From the IMG/VR virus record IMGVR_UViG_3300031578_000001: a DNA stretch of 64,000 nucleotides; one strand, given 5' to 3'. The DNA is from a virus. Positions 1 through 9,018 of this stretch are shown in pieces. Made by a program: the position numbers and the translations under genes. How positions within the stretch are numbered: the stretch's first letter is position 1; each line of letters starts with the position of its first letter. The notes under the pieces were generated by a model, which was given only the letters and a program-made list of their open reading frames with translations, had not been told where the DNA came from and ran no database searches.

Positions 1-46
1 CATCGGCCACGACTGCACTACGATTCTCCAAGACCTCACCCGTGCC

Positions 47-1927
47 ATGCGGAAGATCACGGATCGCGAGGTGAAGCGTCAACGGGAGGAAGCAGGCAAG
101 GTCCAGAAGGACTTCGAGGCCAGGAAGTCCGGTGGCCTATGGGACGATATCACCTCCGGGCCGCTCAACGAGTTCAAAGCATCCATTGCCGAAGTCCAGA
201 CGAACTACGACGAGGGATCTCAGCAGCAGCAGGGATTTCTCGAGAGGTATCAGAAGTATCTCGACGCGGGGATGAACATGGCCGGCATGGCCACCGAGCT
301 CGTGTCGGGAGTTACTTCCGGGATCGTGGATGAGATGGGCGCCATCAACGCCGTGAGCGAAGCTGCCGGCATGGGCTCGCTCGTTCCTACGGGTGAGAAC
401 GAGACCTGCGGTACCGGATCCCTGCTTATCGGAACGGTGACCAGCGTCTTTCGTGTGGGCGCAGACGCGGCAACCCTCGCCGCGCAATCTGTTTTTGCTG
501 TCCAGTCCTCCATCGGGATGGCACTCCAGGTACTGCCCGATCTGTACTCGGCTTTGATGAGCATGCCGTCAGGCCTTCTATCCATCATCCTCACGAACAA
601 GGAGGCCCTGCTGGATCGGATCGAGAGTACCATCAAACAGTCTCTCGACATCGTCGTTTCGATGACAGATAAGGACTACCCTTTCGATCATGCCGCGTTC
701 ATTGCCGCTGCCAAGGCCCGGCTCGAGGATGCGGATGCGGATCTCTCGGCCGTGGAGGAGATCCTCGAGGCTGGAGGGTTGTTCCAGGAGCCGAACTGGA
801 GTCGTGCCAAGGATACGATCGAGGAGACTGGAAATGATCTTCTCGGGATCGGGGAAGGATCCCTCATTCCAGGTTTCGTTCAGACGAAGATCATCAAGAT
901 CCTGGGATACCAGAAGCTTCTCGAGATGCTGATCAAGGTGCTCGACGAGCGTCAGAGCATCTTTGCCCAGCTTGCCGGAAACATCGGATCTTTCCAGTCG
1001 AACTTCCAGACCACGGCTAAGTTTCAGAATCTGATGGCTCCGATTGTTCAGCAGGTTCGCTGCACGCTCCAGAAGATTATCCAGGACATGGGAGACACCA
1101 TAAATCTGAACGCGCTCCTCAGGTACTTCATCAAGGAGAAGAAGTGGGGGATCGATCTCCTGTCCCTCGCCGTCTACATGGTCAACACGGGTCACCTCGG
1201 TGACGACCTCGGGGTCCCGTCCAGTGCACTCAACGATCTCGCGAACAAGATGTCGTCTTCCATTGGAGACGGTGCGGACTACTTCGCAGGAGCGGAGTCC
1301 TACGACGTTCTCACCGGGCTTCTCGCGAACTACACGAGAGAACTCAAGATGAAGGCATCGAGGAACGCTGACCCGAAGATCCTCGATGGGATCGCCCAGG
1401 CCATCTTCACGGAGATTGAGATCCAAAGGAAAAGCAACAGCGATCTGTCGGAGATCCTGAATGGCTTCAACTCCTCGATCGCCGGAGCCGGTCTCGTGGC
1501 CGTGCAGGCCATCTCGGGTCTCCTCTCGCTCCTTGGCGATCAGGGCCTCGACACGATCGTGGACTCCATCATGAACGGGGACATCGCCGCACTCTTCAGC
1601 GTCGATGCCGTGAAGCGTCAGGTCGAGGCTACGGCCAGGAAGGCGATCGGTGATGCGCTCCAGTGCTGCACGGACAACGCTGGAGACGGAGACGCGGCCG
1701 AGCGCCTTACGAATATGAGCAGGGTCGTCCAGGAGCTTCAGAAGGGGAAGGAGATTTTCGACCGTTATACCAAGGGGTATGCGGATCTGTACGTGAAGAA
1801 CGTCTACAAGAAGCAGATTCCGGGCCTACAGCAGATCAACAGGGACGTTGCGAACGTCAAGAGAGCCAGGTGCATGAACAAGGGGCAGACCAGCGCGGCG
1901 GGTGATCTCGGCTTGACTCTGGTGTAG
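47..1927 (+). CDS. 626-aa helical protein of unknown function, probably virion/tail-associated
   Basis: Long ORF, Ala/Leu/Asp-rich helical composition, directly upstream of the gp25-like gene; no recognisable catalytic motif. Confidence 0.6.
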   Translation: MRKITDREVKRQREEAGKVQKDFEARKSGGLWDDITSGPLNEFKASIAEVQTNYDEGSQQQQGFLERYQKYLDAGMNMAGMATELVSGVTSGIVDEMGAINAVSEAAGMGSLVPTGENETCGTGSLLIGTVTSVFRVGADAATLAAQSVFAVQSSIGMALQVLPDLYSALMSMPSGLLSIILTNKEALLDRIESTIKQSLDIVVSMTDKDYPFDHAAFIAAAKARLEDADADLSAVEEILEAGGLFQEPNWSRAKDTIEETGNDLLGIGEGSLIPGFVQTKIIKILGYQKLLEMLIKVLDERQSIFAQLAGNIGSFQSNFQTTAKFQNLMAPIVQQVRCTLQKIIQDMGDTINLNALLRYFIKEKKWGIDLLSLAVYMVNTGHLGDDLGVPSSALNDLANKMSSSIGDGADYFAGAESYDVLTGLLANYTRELKMKASRNADPKILDGIAQAIFTEIEIQRKSNSDLSEILNGFNSSIAGAGLVAVQAISGLLSLLGDQGLDTIVDSIMNGDIAALFSVDAVKRQVEATARKAIGDALQCCTDNAGDGDAAERLTNMSRVVQELQKGKEIFDRYTKGYADLYVKNVYKKQIPGLQQINRDVANVKRARCMNKGQTSAAGDLGLTLV

Positions 1928-1940
1928 GCAACCCTATACT
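1913..1940 (+). promoter_or_regulatory. Class A promoter TTGACT-N16-TATACT
   Basis: Near-consensus sigma70-type hexamers 40 nt before the ATG at 1981; same 16-nt spacing recurs at 8729, 9904, 42503, 58649. Confidence 0.65.
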
Positions 1941-1980
1941 AAAATTCGGCTCAAGGTTTGTTCTATCTGGTAGATGGCTG

Positions 1981-2379
1981 ATGGACTTCGGTGCGATCAC
2001 CTTCAATCGAGACAACTCCATCACGCTCGAGTCTGGCAATAGTCCTCGTCGGCTCAGCGGGATGGCGGCTCTCATGCAGACGGTGATCATCGATCTGCTC
2101 TCCGATCCTGCGATCACAGGCGGGGGATCAGGATTCATCACGGCGCTACAGAACGCGAGGATCGGATCCTCAGAAATTAAGGCGGTCCTCAGGTCGAGGA
2201 TCAGGGCGGCTCAGGAGAACATCTTCTCCTACCAGCAGGACAGCAACTCTCCGGACGACGAGAAGCTGAAGAGTCTGGATCTCCTCGATGTCCAGGAGAA
2301 CGATGACGGTGATGGCTGGGAGGCTGGGATCATCGTGACGAACGTATCCGGAGAAGTTCAGATGCAGACGTTAGGATGA
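1981..2379 (+). CDS. gp25/GpW-like baseplate wedge or sheath-initiator protein
   Basis: 132 aa; pattern (ALMQTVIIDLLSDP...EKLKSLDLLDV...WEAGIIVTNVSG) and size typical of gp25-like proteins; structural context. Confidence 0.7.
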   Translation: MDFGAITFNRDNSITLESGNSPRRLSGMAALMQTVIIDLLSDPAITGGGSGFITALQNARIGSSEIKAVLRSRIRAAQENIFSYQQDSNSPDDEKLKSLDLLDVQENDDGDGWEAGIIVTNVSGEVQMQTLG

Positions 2380-2383
2380 GTCG

Positions 2384-2560
2384 ATGAACGAGAAGATCGC
2401 GGAAGCCTTCCTGGACGAGTTGGATAAGATTGGGATCTGGCCTGCCATCGCGGCGGCTGCAAGGGCGGCAGCTCCAGCGGTCATCAGCGCTATACCATCC
2501 CTGGTGGGTGGGGTGAAGAAACCCAAACCTCCCGTTTCGATAACAGGAGGCATCAAGTGA
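2384..2560 (+). CDS. 58-aa tagged small protein (MNEKIAEAFLDELDKIG...), absent from the ORF track
   Basis: ATG at 2384, TGA at 2558-2560 overlapping the next GTG start; carries the shared FxDExxKI tag. Confidence 0.75.
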   Translation: MNEKIAEAFLDELDKIGIWPAIAAAARAAAPAVISAIPSLVGGVKKPKPPVSITGGIK

Positions 2561-2784
2561 GAGACCGTATCGCCGCGGCCATGCTCGACGAACTCGGGCG
2601 TCTCGACAAAGATGGTGCAGTGGGAGCGGCCATCGGGGCTCTGGCAAAGAAGGTCGTGGGGTCGTCGGCGGCCAAGTCGGTGGGCCAAGGGCTCGCCTAT
2701 CAAGCCCCTTACATGGCCATGTCCGCGATGCAGTCCAGACAGCAGCAGAAAACACCGAAGGACACGACAGGAGGCGTCTGGTAG
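2557..2784 (+). CDS. 75-aa tagged small protein (degenerate tag AAMLDELGRL)
   Basis: GTGA coupling to upstream gene; tag variant followed by a Gly/Ala hydrophobic segment. Confidence 0.7.
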   Translation: MRDRIAAAMLDELGRLDKDGAVGAAIGALAKKVVGSSAAKSVGQGLAYQAPYMAMSAMQSRQQQKTPKDTTGGVW

Positions 2785-3171
2785 ATGGCGCTTCATCCGG
2801 ACCAGATTCGCCTTTCCGACCTTTGTGTCCAGGGAGAGTATGATTGTCCGGCTTCCATTGCCGTGGGGGATCCGGCCTACCTGGCCTCGGCCGACGCGGT
2901 GGATCTGGCCGACTGTTTGGACGCAGATAAGATGCCGGCCGAGGGGATCGTGTCGAGGAAGATAACGGCGACCAGGTGTGTTGTAGTGACTCATGGATCG
3001 GTGAAGAAATCGGGATGGAGTCTTGATCCTGACAACGAGTATTTTGTAGGATCTGGACATATCGTGAAATCGAACAACATTCCTATTTCGTTTGTCATGG
3101 TCCAATCGATCGGCTGGGCCAAGAACACAGGTGAATTAACCGTCGACACCAGGGGCGTGACCGTCAGGTAG
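2785..3171 (+). CDS. Head-decoration/cement-like protein (DUF2190-like)
   Basis: 128 aa; IAVGDPAYL...AEGIV...VVTHGSV...LDPDNEYFVG...VQSIGWA pattern recalled from DUF2190-like proteins. Confidence 0.5.
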   Translation: MALHPDQIRLSDLCVQGEYDCPASIAVGDPAYLASADAVDLADCLDADKMPAEGIVSRKITATRCVVVTHGSVKKSGWSLDPDNEYFVGSGHIVKSNNIPISFVMVQSIGWAKNTGELTVDTRGVTVR

Positions 3172-3202
3172 CACCAGGCACGTATTGTGAAGGAGCAGAG
3201 AT

Positions 3203-5992
3203 ATGCCAGCAACTTTAGTTCTCGGTTTTAATACGGAAGCATTGGTGCAGACGGCACTGACGCTGGCCGAATCCCTGGCGCTCACAGCGGGCGAGCTCGC
3301 GGTCGATGCCGGAGGCGTCGATCACGACGCACTGCTCAACTACGATGTGGACGATCACGTCGCCCACTCGAGTGTGAGCATCACCGGGGTTAACGGTTTG
3401 TCAGGAGGTGGGGATATCTCGGCGTCGAGGGATCTTGCCCTCAACATCAACGGTCTCACGAATACGGAAACTGTCCTGGCCAGCGACGATCTCGTGGCGA
3501 TCTATGACACCTCTGGTGGCTCTACGGACAAGATGACCGTCGCCAACTTCAACGCAGGACTGTCGCACGATGCCCTGAGTGGTTTCGCAGCGGATAAGCA
3601 TGTCGCCCATACCTCGGTGTCGATCGCTGCGGGTGAAGGTCTTGTAGGCGGCGGTGACGTCTCATCGACGAGGACCCTCACTACCGACTGGTCCGACCTC
3701 TCGAATACATCGGTCGCCATGGTCGCCGCGGATCTCATGGCCGTCTACGACAACGGGAACTCAAGGAACGAGAAGATCTCCTTCGCCAACTTCAACGCGT
3801 CGGTCGACCACAACGTGCTCACCAACTTCGTGGCTGACAAGCACATCGCCCACTCGACGGTCACATTCACGGCGGGTGACGGCCTCACGGGCGGTGGTGA
3901 CACTTCCGCCAGCAGATCCTTCGCCGTGGACTTCAGCGACTTCGCGGTGACCGAAGCGGCCATCGTCGCCGCTGATCTTCTCGCCTTCTACGACACCAGC
4001 GAAGGCAACATGGCCAAGATGACCTACGCCAACTTCGAGTCCAATCTCGCGATCCTGGGTTCACAGGTGGAAGCTGGAAGCCCGACGTTCGATGCCATTA
4101 CGATGAACGGGAACATTAACGCGAACCTGAACAAGATCGTGAACATGGCCGACGGAACCCTCGCGACAGACGCCGTGACCCTGTCCCAGCTCCAGGCATC
4201 GCAGTCCGGCATCACGATAAAGCCTCCTTCCCAGGCGTCCACTACGGAGGATCTCGAGATCACGACGAGTCAGACGATCGACTATCTCGATGGCCTCGAA
4301 CCTCTGACCCCGGGTGTCGGTGCGACCCTGGAACCGACAACGAACGGAGTTCTTTCGGCTATCGACGGTTACACGCCGGGGCTCGGCGACACTCTCCTGA
4401 TCAAAGATGGAGCCGGCTTTGAGGCGCAGGTCAGCCTGGCCACGGCCATCGCCGATGTCGGCGGAGCCTTGAACGGGAAATACTTCTTCATCTCATCCGC
4501 GAACGACGCCTCCAACTTCTACGTCTGGATGAACGTGGACGCCGGCGGAAACGATCCTCTCGTCGCCAATAAGACGGGAATCTCCGTTGCGATTGTTACG
4601 GATGACACAGCCACCGCCGTAGCCACCGCCGTAGCGACGGCGGTCGACGGGGAATCGGATTTCGCAGCCTCATCGATAGGCGCGAACATCACCATCACGA
4701 ACGCCGGCAACGGTCGGTCTACCGATATCGCGGACTTCAACACGGGGTTCACCGGAGTCGGTACCGACACAACCGGGAAGGGCTACGAGGTCGGAGGCTT
4801 GTACGAAGTCACAGCGGTCGGGGACGAGTCGAACCCTTGGTTGCTTACCAGGATCACGCAGTTCGACGGCGATCCAGACAACCCGACTCATGAAATACGT
4901 GAAGGTGCCCTGACTCTGGTGATTCACGGGAGCACCAACGGAAACACGCAATGGGCGGTAGCAGCCGGCGTGGAAAACGTCGACGCCATCGAGGTCGGCA
5001 TCAAGGCGATACCTTGGAACGAGTTCGCGCAGCCTTCCGTGCTTACCGCCGGGGCGGGCTTGACCGAGGCTCCGGCTCTCACGTTCAACGTGGGGGAGGG
5101 GACAGGCATCGTCGTCAACGCCAACGACGTGGCGGTCGACGTGGGAACGACCGCGAACAAGATCCTCCAGCTCAACGGTTCGGCCCAGATTCCGGCCGTG
5201 AACGGCGCTCTCCTCACCAACCTGAACGCCAGCAGCCTGACTTCGGGTCTGGCATCGTTCGCGGTGGGCGGCACCGGCTTCGACGCCTCCGTCCTCGCCG
5301 CGGGAACCCTGATCAAGACCAACGCGGGTGGAACCGCCTTCGAGGCTCTCAACCAGGGAACCGTCAACCAGGCCCTCGTGTCGGCTGGCGCAGGTGCGGC
5401 TCCGACCTTCGCGTCGCTGACTCTCGATGGCAACCTCGATCTGACCGTTACAAGGGTCGAACTTGACCAGTTGTCCGGCATTCTCGCTACCGTCACGGGC
5501 GCGAACCTCAACGCTCTGACGGAGGGTATCAGTAGCGGGACAACACCGACCACACTTCACGCTCACGATGCCCTGGTCAGCAACTCGATCTGGAACTCGG
5601 CGGTTGCTCTCACCGCCAACCTCTTCGTATCCATGGCCTCCGGAAGCGTCACGATTGCGTCGGCCAGCACGCTTGCTCTCGCTGACAGTTTGATGGGGCT
5701 CTGCTACCAGTCCTCGCTCCTCGGCGCTCCGGCCTTTGTCCAGACGGGCGAAGGGGCACATCTGATCGGAACCCTTCCGAACACTCACTCGGCCATCACT
5801 GCCGGTATAACAATCCTTTATCTGGAGCAGAACGGGGGCGCGGACATCGGGAAAGTGATCCCGGACTCAGACGTCGTCGTGACCCCAGGCAGCATCATCA
5901 AAAGGATCGGGCCTTCCGGCGCGAGTATCGCACCGAACACAGGCGGACCGGTCGCTCTGATCTATTCCCCGACATCCATCATCGTCGTGTAG
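3203..5992 (+). CDS. 929-aa fibre protein with three N-terminal repeats and a C-terminal DUF2190-like domain
   Basis: AGxGLxGGGD repeats, KIVNMADGTLATDAVT and LTAGAGLT fibre motifs, Ala/Gly/Thr-rich; SD AGGAG upstream. Confidence 0.75.
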   Translation: MPATLVLGFNTEALVQTALTLAESLALTAGELAVDAGGVDHDALLNYDVDDHVAHSSVSITGVNGLSGGGDISASRDLALNINGLTNTETVLASDDLVAIYDTSGGSTDKMTVANFNAGLSHDALSGFAADKHVAHTSVSIAAGEGLVGGGDVSSTRTLTTDWSDLSNTSVAMVAADLMAVYDNGNSRNEKISFANFNASVDHNVLTNFVADKHIAHSTVTFTAGDGLTGGGDTSASRSFAVDFSDFAVTEAAIVAADLLAFYDTSEGNMAKMTYANFESNLAILGSQVEAGSPTFDAITMNGNINANLNKIVNMADGTLATDAVTLSQLQASQSGITIKPPSQASTTEDLEITTSQTIDYLDGLEPLTPGVGATLEPTTNGVLSAIDGYTPGLGDTLLIKDGAGFEAQVSLATAIADVGGALNGKYFFISSANDASNFYVWMNVDAGGNDPLVANKTGISVAIVTDDTATAVATAVATAVDGESDFAASSIGANITITNAGNGRSTDIADFNTGFTGVGTDTTGKGYEVGGLYEVTAVGDESNPWLLTRITQFDGDPDNPTHEIREGALTLVIHGSTNGNTQWAVAAGVENVDAIEVGIKAIPWNEFAQPSVLTAGAGLTEAPALTFNVGEGTGIVVNANDVAVDVGTTANKILQLNGSAQIPAVNGALLTNLNASSLTSGLASFAVGGTGFDASVLAAGTLIKTNAGGTAFEALNQGTVNQALVSAGAGAAPTFASLTLDGNLDLTVTRVELDQLSGILATVTGANLNALTEGISSGTTPTTLHAHDALVSNSIWNSAVALTANLFVSMASGSVTIASASTLALADSLMGLCYQSSLLGAPAFVQTGEGAHLIGTLPNTHSAITAGITILYLEQNGGADIGKVIPDSDVVVTPGSIIKRIGPSGASIAPNTGGPVALIYSPTSIIVV
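3320..4048 (+). repeat. Three tandem 243-nt (81-aa) repeats within the fibre gene
   Basis: Units start at 3320 (DHDALL), 3563 (SHDALS) and 3806 (DHNVLT); each has HxAHxxV...GLxGGGDxS...DLxAxYD...ANF. Confidence 0.9.
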
Positions 5993-6014
5993 GAGCAGGG
6001 AGTAGGAGACTGAA

Positions 6015-6506
6015 ATGGGAGAAAAAGGTCCTGAGAAGCCTATTCCTCCGAGAGTGCCCCCGGCATCTCCGAGGAAACCACCGGAGCCTCCGACGAGGAA
6101 GAAGTTGGACATGGGACCTCCTCCTCCGAAACTGGAGACGGAACCGATCAATGAACCTGAGTCCCCGGGACCTTCCGTAGGTCCCGGGGACATTCCTCAG
6201 ATCGGACCCGGAGGAGAGGTTCACGTTCCGATTCCAGAGGTCAAATATCTGAAGTTCAGGATCACGAAGCTCGAGGAGGAGAATATCAAACTCCAGGAGG
6301 CAAAGATTTCGTCGGATGAGACGATCCTCAGGATGAGCAAGATGAACTTATCGATGATGAAGGAGGCGTTCGCGAAGAGGACGTCCGAAACCTACAAGGA
6401 AATCGGAGTGGGCGACGGCGACAAGGTGATCCAAAGAGGAGACGGTTTCTTCATCGTCAAGGAAGTCAGGGGAATGGGGTTGAACCCGTCCGGCGTCAGG
6501 AAATGA
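6015..6506 (+). CDS. 163-aa protein with Pro-rich N-terminus and coiled coil
   Basis: SD GGAGA; PPRVPP/PPEPP N-terminal half, heptad-like ITKLEEENIKLQE. Confidence 0.7.
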   Translation: MGEKGPEKPIPPRVPPASPRKPPEPPTRKKLDMGPPPPKLETEPINEPESPGPSVGPGDIPQIGPGGEVHVPIPEVKYLKFRITKLEEENIKLQEAKISSDETILRMSKMNLSMMKEAFAKRTSETYKEIGVGDGDKVIQRGDGFFIVKEVRGMGLNPSGVRK

Positions 6507-6529
6507 CTTGGTGGGCGGGATAAAGAATG

Positions 6530-6562
6530 ACCGGACGGGACCAATGATCCCGTCCGGTTTTA
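6530..6562 (+). terminator. Intrinsic terminator
   Basis: Perfect 11-bp stem ACCGGACGGGA/TCCCGTCCGGT, 7-nt loop, followed by TTT. Confidence 0.7.
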
Positions 6563-6575
6563 ATTAGGTCTCGGC

Positions 6576-7613
6576 ATGACGACCATTCTCGGTTTTAACA
6601 CGACGAGTCTTATGTTCCAGGGCCACCCGCTTAGCGAGGCCGAGGACGATCTCGTCTACTTTTCCGCGGAGGGAGTGCTTGCCGTAGGTGGGTCTGGAAC
6701 TTCCAAGGCCCTAACCAAGGTCTATTCTGAACTCCTCGGACTTCCTCTTGATAATGGCGCCTTCACCATATCGAGGTCCTTAGATACGGTTTCGATGGCG
6801 AACTCGGCTCCGGCAGGAGAGACGCACTTCGGAACGCTGGTCCTTGATGCCTCCGGGCACTTTAGTCCGGTAGCGCCGGGTTTATACTATTTCGGGTATA
6901 CCGGGTTCGAGTGGCTTGAAGTGGCGACGAACACGCTTTATATCAAACCGGGAGGAGGGGCCGCCAAAGCCGGTGATATTATCACGTCGGATTCAGGTAT
7001 CGGAATAGACGTCTATCTCTATGACTCCTACCTCGGTGATGTTAAAAAATTGATGTCGGAATATGATAACCTCGCCGGGGATGTTACCGGGCTTCTGAAC
7101 AATACGGTCGTTGCCAAGATCCACGGTGATATCGTGGATACGGACGCACCTACAACTGGCGATGTATTCCAATGGAACGGGTCGGAGTGGCACCAACAGC
7201 CAATTTCGAAGGTTCGGGCACATTTGAGCACTGACTTTGCTGTTGCGCCCTCTACTTGGAAAAAAGTTCCGTTTGATACGGAGGACTATGATACTCTCTC
7301 AGAATACGATCCTTCCGCAAACTATAGGTTTACATGCAATGAGGCGGGTTATTACAAGGTTGACGCAGCAGTCAAGTGGGAATTCAGCGCTCAGGGCGAT
7401 CAAATTCTTATAGCTATCCGGCGCAACGGTTCAATAGTTGCTGGCTGCGAAAGATACGTAAGGTATGGTGTATATAATAGCCAGCAAGTTAATGATGTGA
7501 TCTATTTAACAGCATCTCAGTATCTTGAAATCTTCGTATATACCTCATCAAATAGCGCCAACCTAATTGCCAGCGAAGGATCTTCTCACTTTACTGTTCA
7601 CAGGGTTCTTTAA
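6576..7613 (+). CDS. Fibre/receptor-binding protein with C-terminal C1q/TNF-like domain
   Basis: C-terminal VRAH...WKKVPFDTEDYDT...YRFTC..AGYY.V.A.V...IRRNG...VIYLTASQYLEIFVY matches the gC1q-like pattern; N-terminus ILGFNT shared with the 3203 protein. Confidence 0.7.
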   Translation: MTTILGFNTTSLMFQGHPLSEAEDDLVYFSAEGVLAVGGSGTSKALTKVYSELLGLPLDNGAFTISRSLDTVSMANSAPAGETHFGTLVLDASGHFSPVAPGLYYFGYTGFEWLEVATNTLYIKPGGGAAKAGDIITSDSGIGIDVYLYDSYLGDVKKLMSEYDNLAGDVTGLLNNTVVAKIHGDIVDTDAPTTGDVFQWNGSEWHQQPISKVRAHLSTDFAVAPSTWKKVPFDTEDYDTLSEYDPSANYRFTCNEAGYYKVDAAVKWEFSAQGDQILIAIRRNGSIVAGCERYVRYGVYNSQQVNDVIYLTASQYLEIFVYTSSNSANLIASEGSSHFTVHRVL

Positions 7614-7686
7614 GGACGTGACGACGGGAACGAAATATAGATTGAAGGTGGACAACGGGGTCGTCGTTCTTGAAGAAGTAGTATGA
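7612..7686 (+). pseudogene. Stranded fibre C-terminal fragment KDVTTGTKYRLKVDNGVVVLEEVV
   Basis: Out of frame with 6576..7613 and without a usable SD; resembles a common fibre C-terminal motif (DxxTGxxYxLxVxNGxxxLEE). Confidence 0.4.
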
Positions 7687-7822
7687 ATGTTCCTCGTCCA
7701 CGAGAGGCAGATCTTCCAAGCTAAGTTACTGGCTAAAGACTGCATTCCCATACTATTTCAGAATTATTTCTTGGGTGATTTATTCCCATCCACAAAGGTG
7801 GAATGTCATCACCCTTTGTCAT

Positions 7823-7850
7823 AAAAAAGGGGGTAGGCTTACCTACTCCC
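7823..7850 (-). terminator. Intrinsic terminator for the minus-strand macrodomain transcript
   Basis: Minus strand GGGAGTAGG-TAAG-CCTACCCCC followed by six T. Confidence 0.6.
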
Positions 7851-7971
7851 TAATGTCCCCAAAAGAGGACACTTTCCTTCCAGGAGATCTTCAGAATGAT
7901 CGTGGCTGTCCGAAGACATATTCGGTCCAAGGAATGGCAGGAGCAGGTCATTCCGGCCATCAGTGAGACTG

Positions 7972-8451
7972 TCAGGTAGGATCCGCTTCCCATGAGGCGT
8001 TCCTCTTGACGATGATGATGGCATCGGGGATGACCGATTCGATGATGGCCGAAACCACCCTCCAGTCACCCCCGCCAAGGCCGCACCCGTAGCCGTGGGG
8101 GAAGTAGATAGGGAGGTTGTCTCCGTAATGCTTCTTTCGCATGAGGGAGAGCCTCATGAGGCATATTCGGATAGCATTGTAGTCCGTGCGCCTGTAGTTG
8201 GTCCCCACGTCGCACTGGGAAGCGCAGTTGACCACGTAGAGATTGTCCTGGGGATCTCCTACGTTCACGATCTGGATGTCCCCCAGGCTCCACCCGTTCT
8301 TCTTGTACTTGTAGAGGTACAGGTCTCGCACCTTGGGCCAGCGGTCTGCGATGATCTTCGCGAGGCCTGCACCAAACAGGCCGGCGCAGTTCACCTGGTG
8401 GGTTATGAAGCCCGTCTTGAGCCTCATCAGGTCGCCCGGTAGCGCTATCAT
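7972..8451 (-). CDS. Macrodomain (ADP-ribose hydrolase-like, Poa1p/DarG-type) protein
   Basis: GDL...ITHQVNCAGLFGAGLAKII...LGDIQIV...VVNCASQ...FPHGYGCGLGGGDW are hallmark macrodomain motifs; start reassigned to ATG 8451 (SD AGGAG). Confidence 0.9.
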   Translation of the reverse strand: MIALPGDLMRLKTGFITHQVNCAGLFGAGLAKIIADRWPKVRDLYLYKYKKNGWSLGDIQIVNVGDPQDNLYVVNCASQCDVGTNYRRTDYNAIRICLMRLSLMRKKHYGDNLPIYFPHGYGCGLGGGDWRVVSAIIESVIPDAIIIVKRNASWEADPT

Positions 8452-8586
8452 TGGCGTACTCCTTGTCACAGGTCCTCCCTCGTTTCTTAGGCTCGACGGA
8501 ACCCATTTCGTTGGGCGTCGTGCTATGATAACCAGTAAAAGAGCGGATGCCTTTCGACACCCGCCCTCGCGGATGATGGCGGTAGG

Positions 8587-8691
8587 TTATCCCGTGACAG
8601 ACTTGAGAGACCTCTTGACGTTTGCAGCGATACGCTGCGCCGCCCGCTTGACCCTCTTGCCTACCGACGGTTTCTTTTCCTTCTTTGCCAT
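8587..8691 (-). CDS. 34-aa basic peptide MAKKEKKPSVGKRVKRAAQRIAANVKRSLKSVTG
   Basis: Strong SD GGAGGAG and a GTCATAAGA motif about 40 nt upstream. Confidence 0.6.
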   Translation of the reverse strand: MAKKEKKPSVGKRVKRAAQRIAANVKRSLKSVTG

Positions 8692-8728
8692 GTTCTTCTC
8701 CTCCACTAATGCGACAATTCGCACTCAG

Positions 8729-8756
8729 TTGTCTTATGACGCATCGGGGATATACT
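8729..8756. promoter_or_regulatory. Overlapping divergent promoters: TTGTCT-N16-TATACT (+) and GTCATAAGA (-, 8732-8740)
   Basis: Both recurring motifs are read directly at this site. Confidence 0.55.
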
Positions 8757-8767
8757 TTTGGTGGAGC

Positions 8768-8809
8768 AAAAAATAAGCCCCTGTCGGGGAGCAGGATTCC
8801 GACAGGGGC
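8768..8809 (-). terminator. Intrinsic terminator after the RHH gene
   Basis: 11-bp stem GCCCCTGTCGG/CCGACAGGGGC followed on the minus strand by TTATTTTTT. Confidence 0.75.
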
Positions 8810-8844
8810 ACCTTGAAACGGTCCCGGGGGCGCGATCCCAGGAC

Positions 8845-9015
8845 TTAGACTTTCTTTTTCTTTTCCTTCCTCTCTTTGGCCAGGTACTCCTCGAGGGCCT
8901 CCGTCACGATAATCTGGATGGAGACCCTATGCTTGGCCGCATGAACCCTGACCTTGTTTCCAGTCGCCTTCGGGATCCTGGTGGTCAGCGGCTCGAGATT
9001 CTCTTTGTCGGGCAT
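8845..9015 (-). CDS. 56-aa ribbon-helix-helix DNA-binding protein, absent from the ORF track
   Basis: MPDKENLEPLTTRIPKATGNKVRVHAAKHRVSIQIIVTEALEEYLAKERKEKKKKV: alternating strand LTTRIP, helix, S-turn, helix ending ALEEYL. Confidence 0.75.
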   Translation of the reverse strand: MPDKENLEPLTTRIPKATGNKVRVHAAKHRVSIQIIVTEALEEYLAKERKEKKKKV

Positions 9016-9018
9016 GGC

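Noticed and set aside
47-1927. Tape measure protein
   Set aside because: Helical composition is compatible, but no TMP repeats, enzyme domain or adjacent tube/chaperone genes are visible in the window.
4670-5788. Long antisense or alternate-frame ORFs in the track (also 43709-44698, 47321-48640, 49737-50876, 14716-15957, 59048-59962, 61631-62662)
   Set aside because: Shadow ORFs opposite well-supported genes in GC-rich, codon-biased DNA; no SD or protein motifs.
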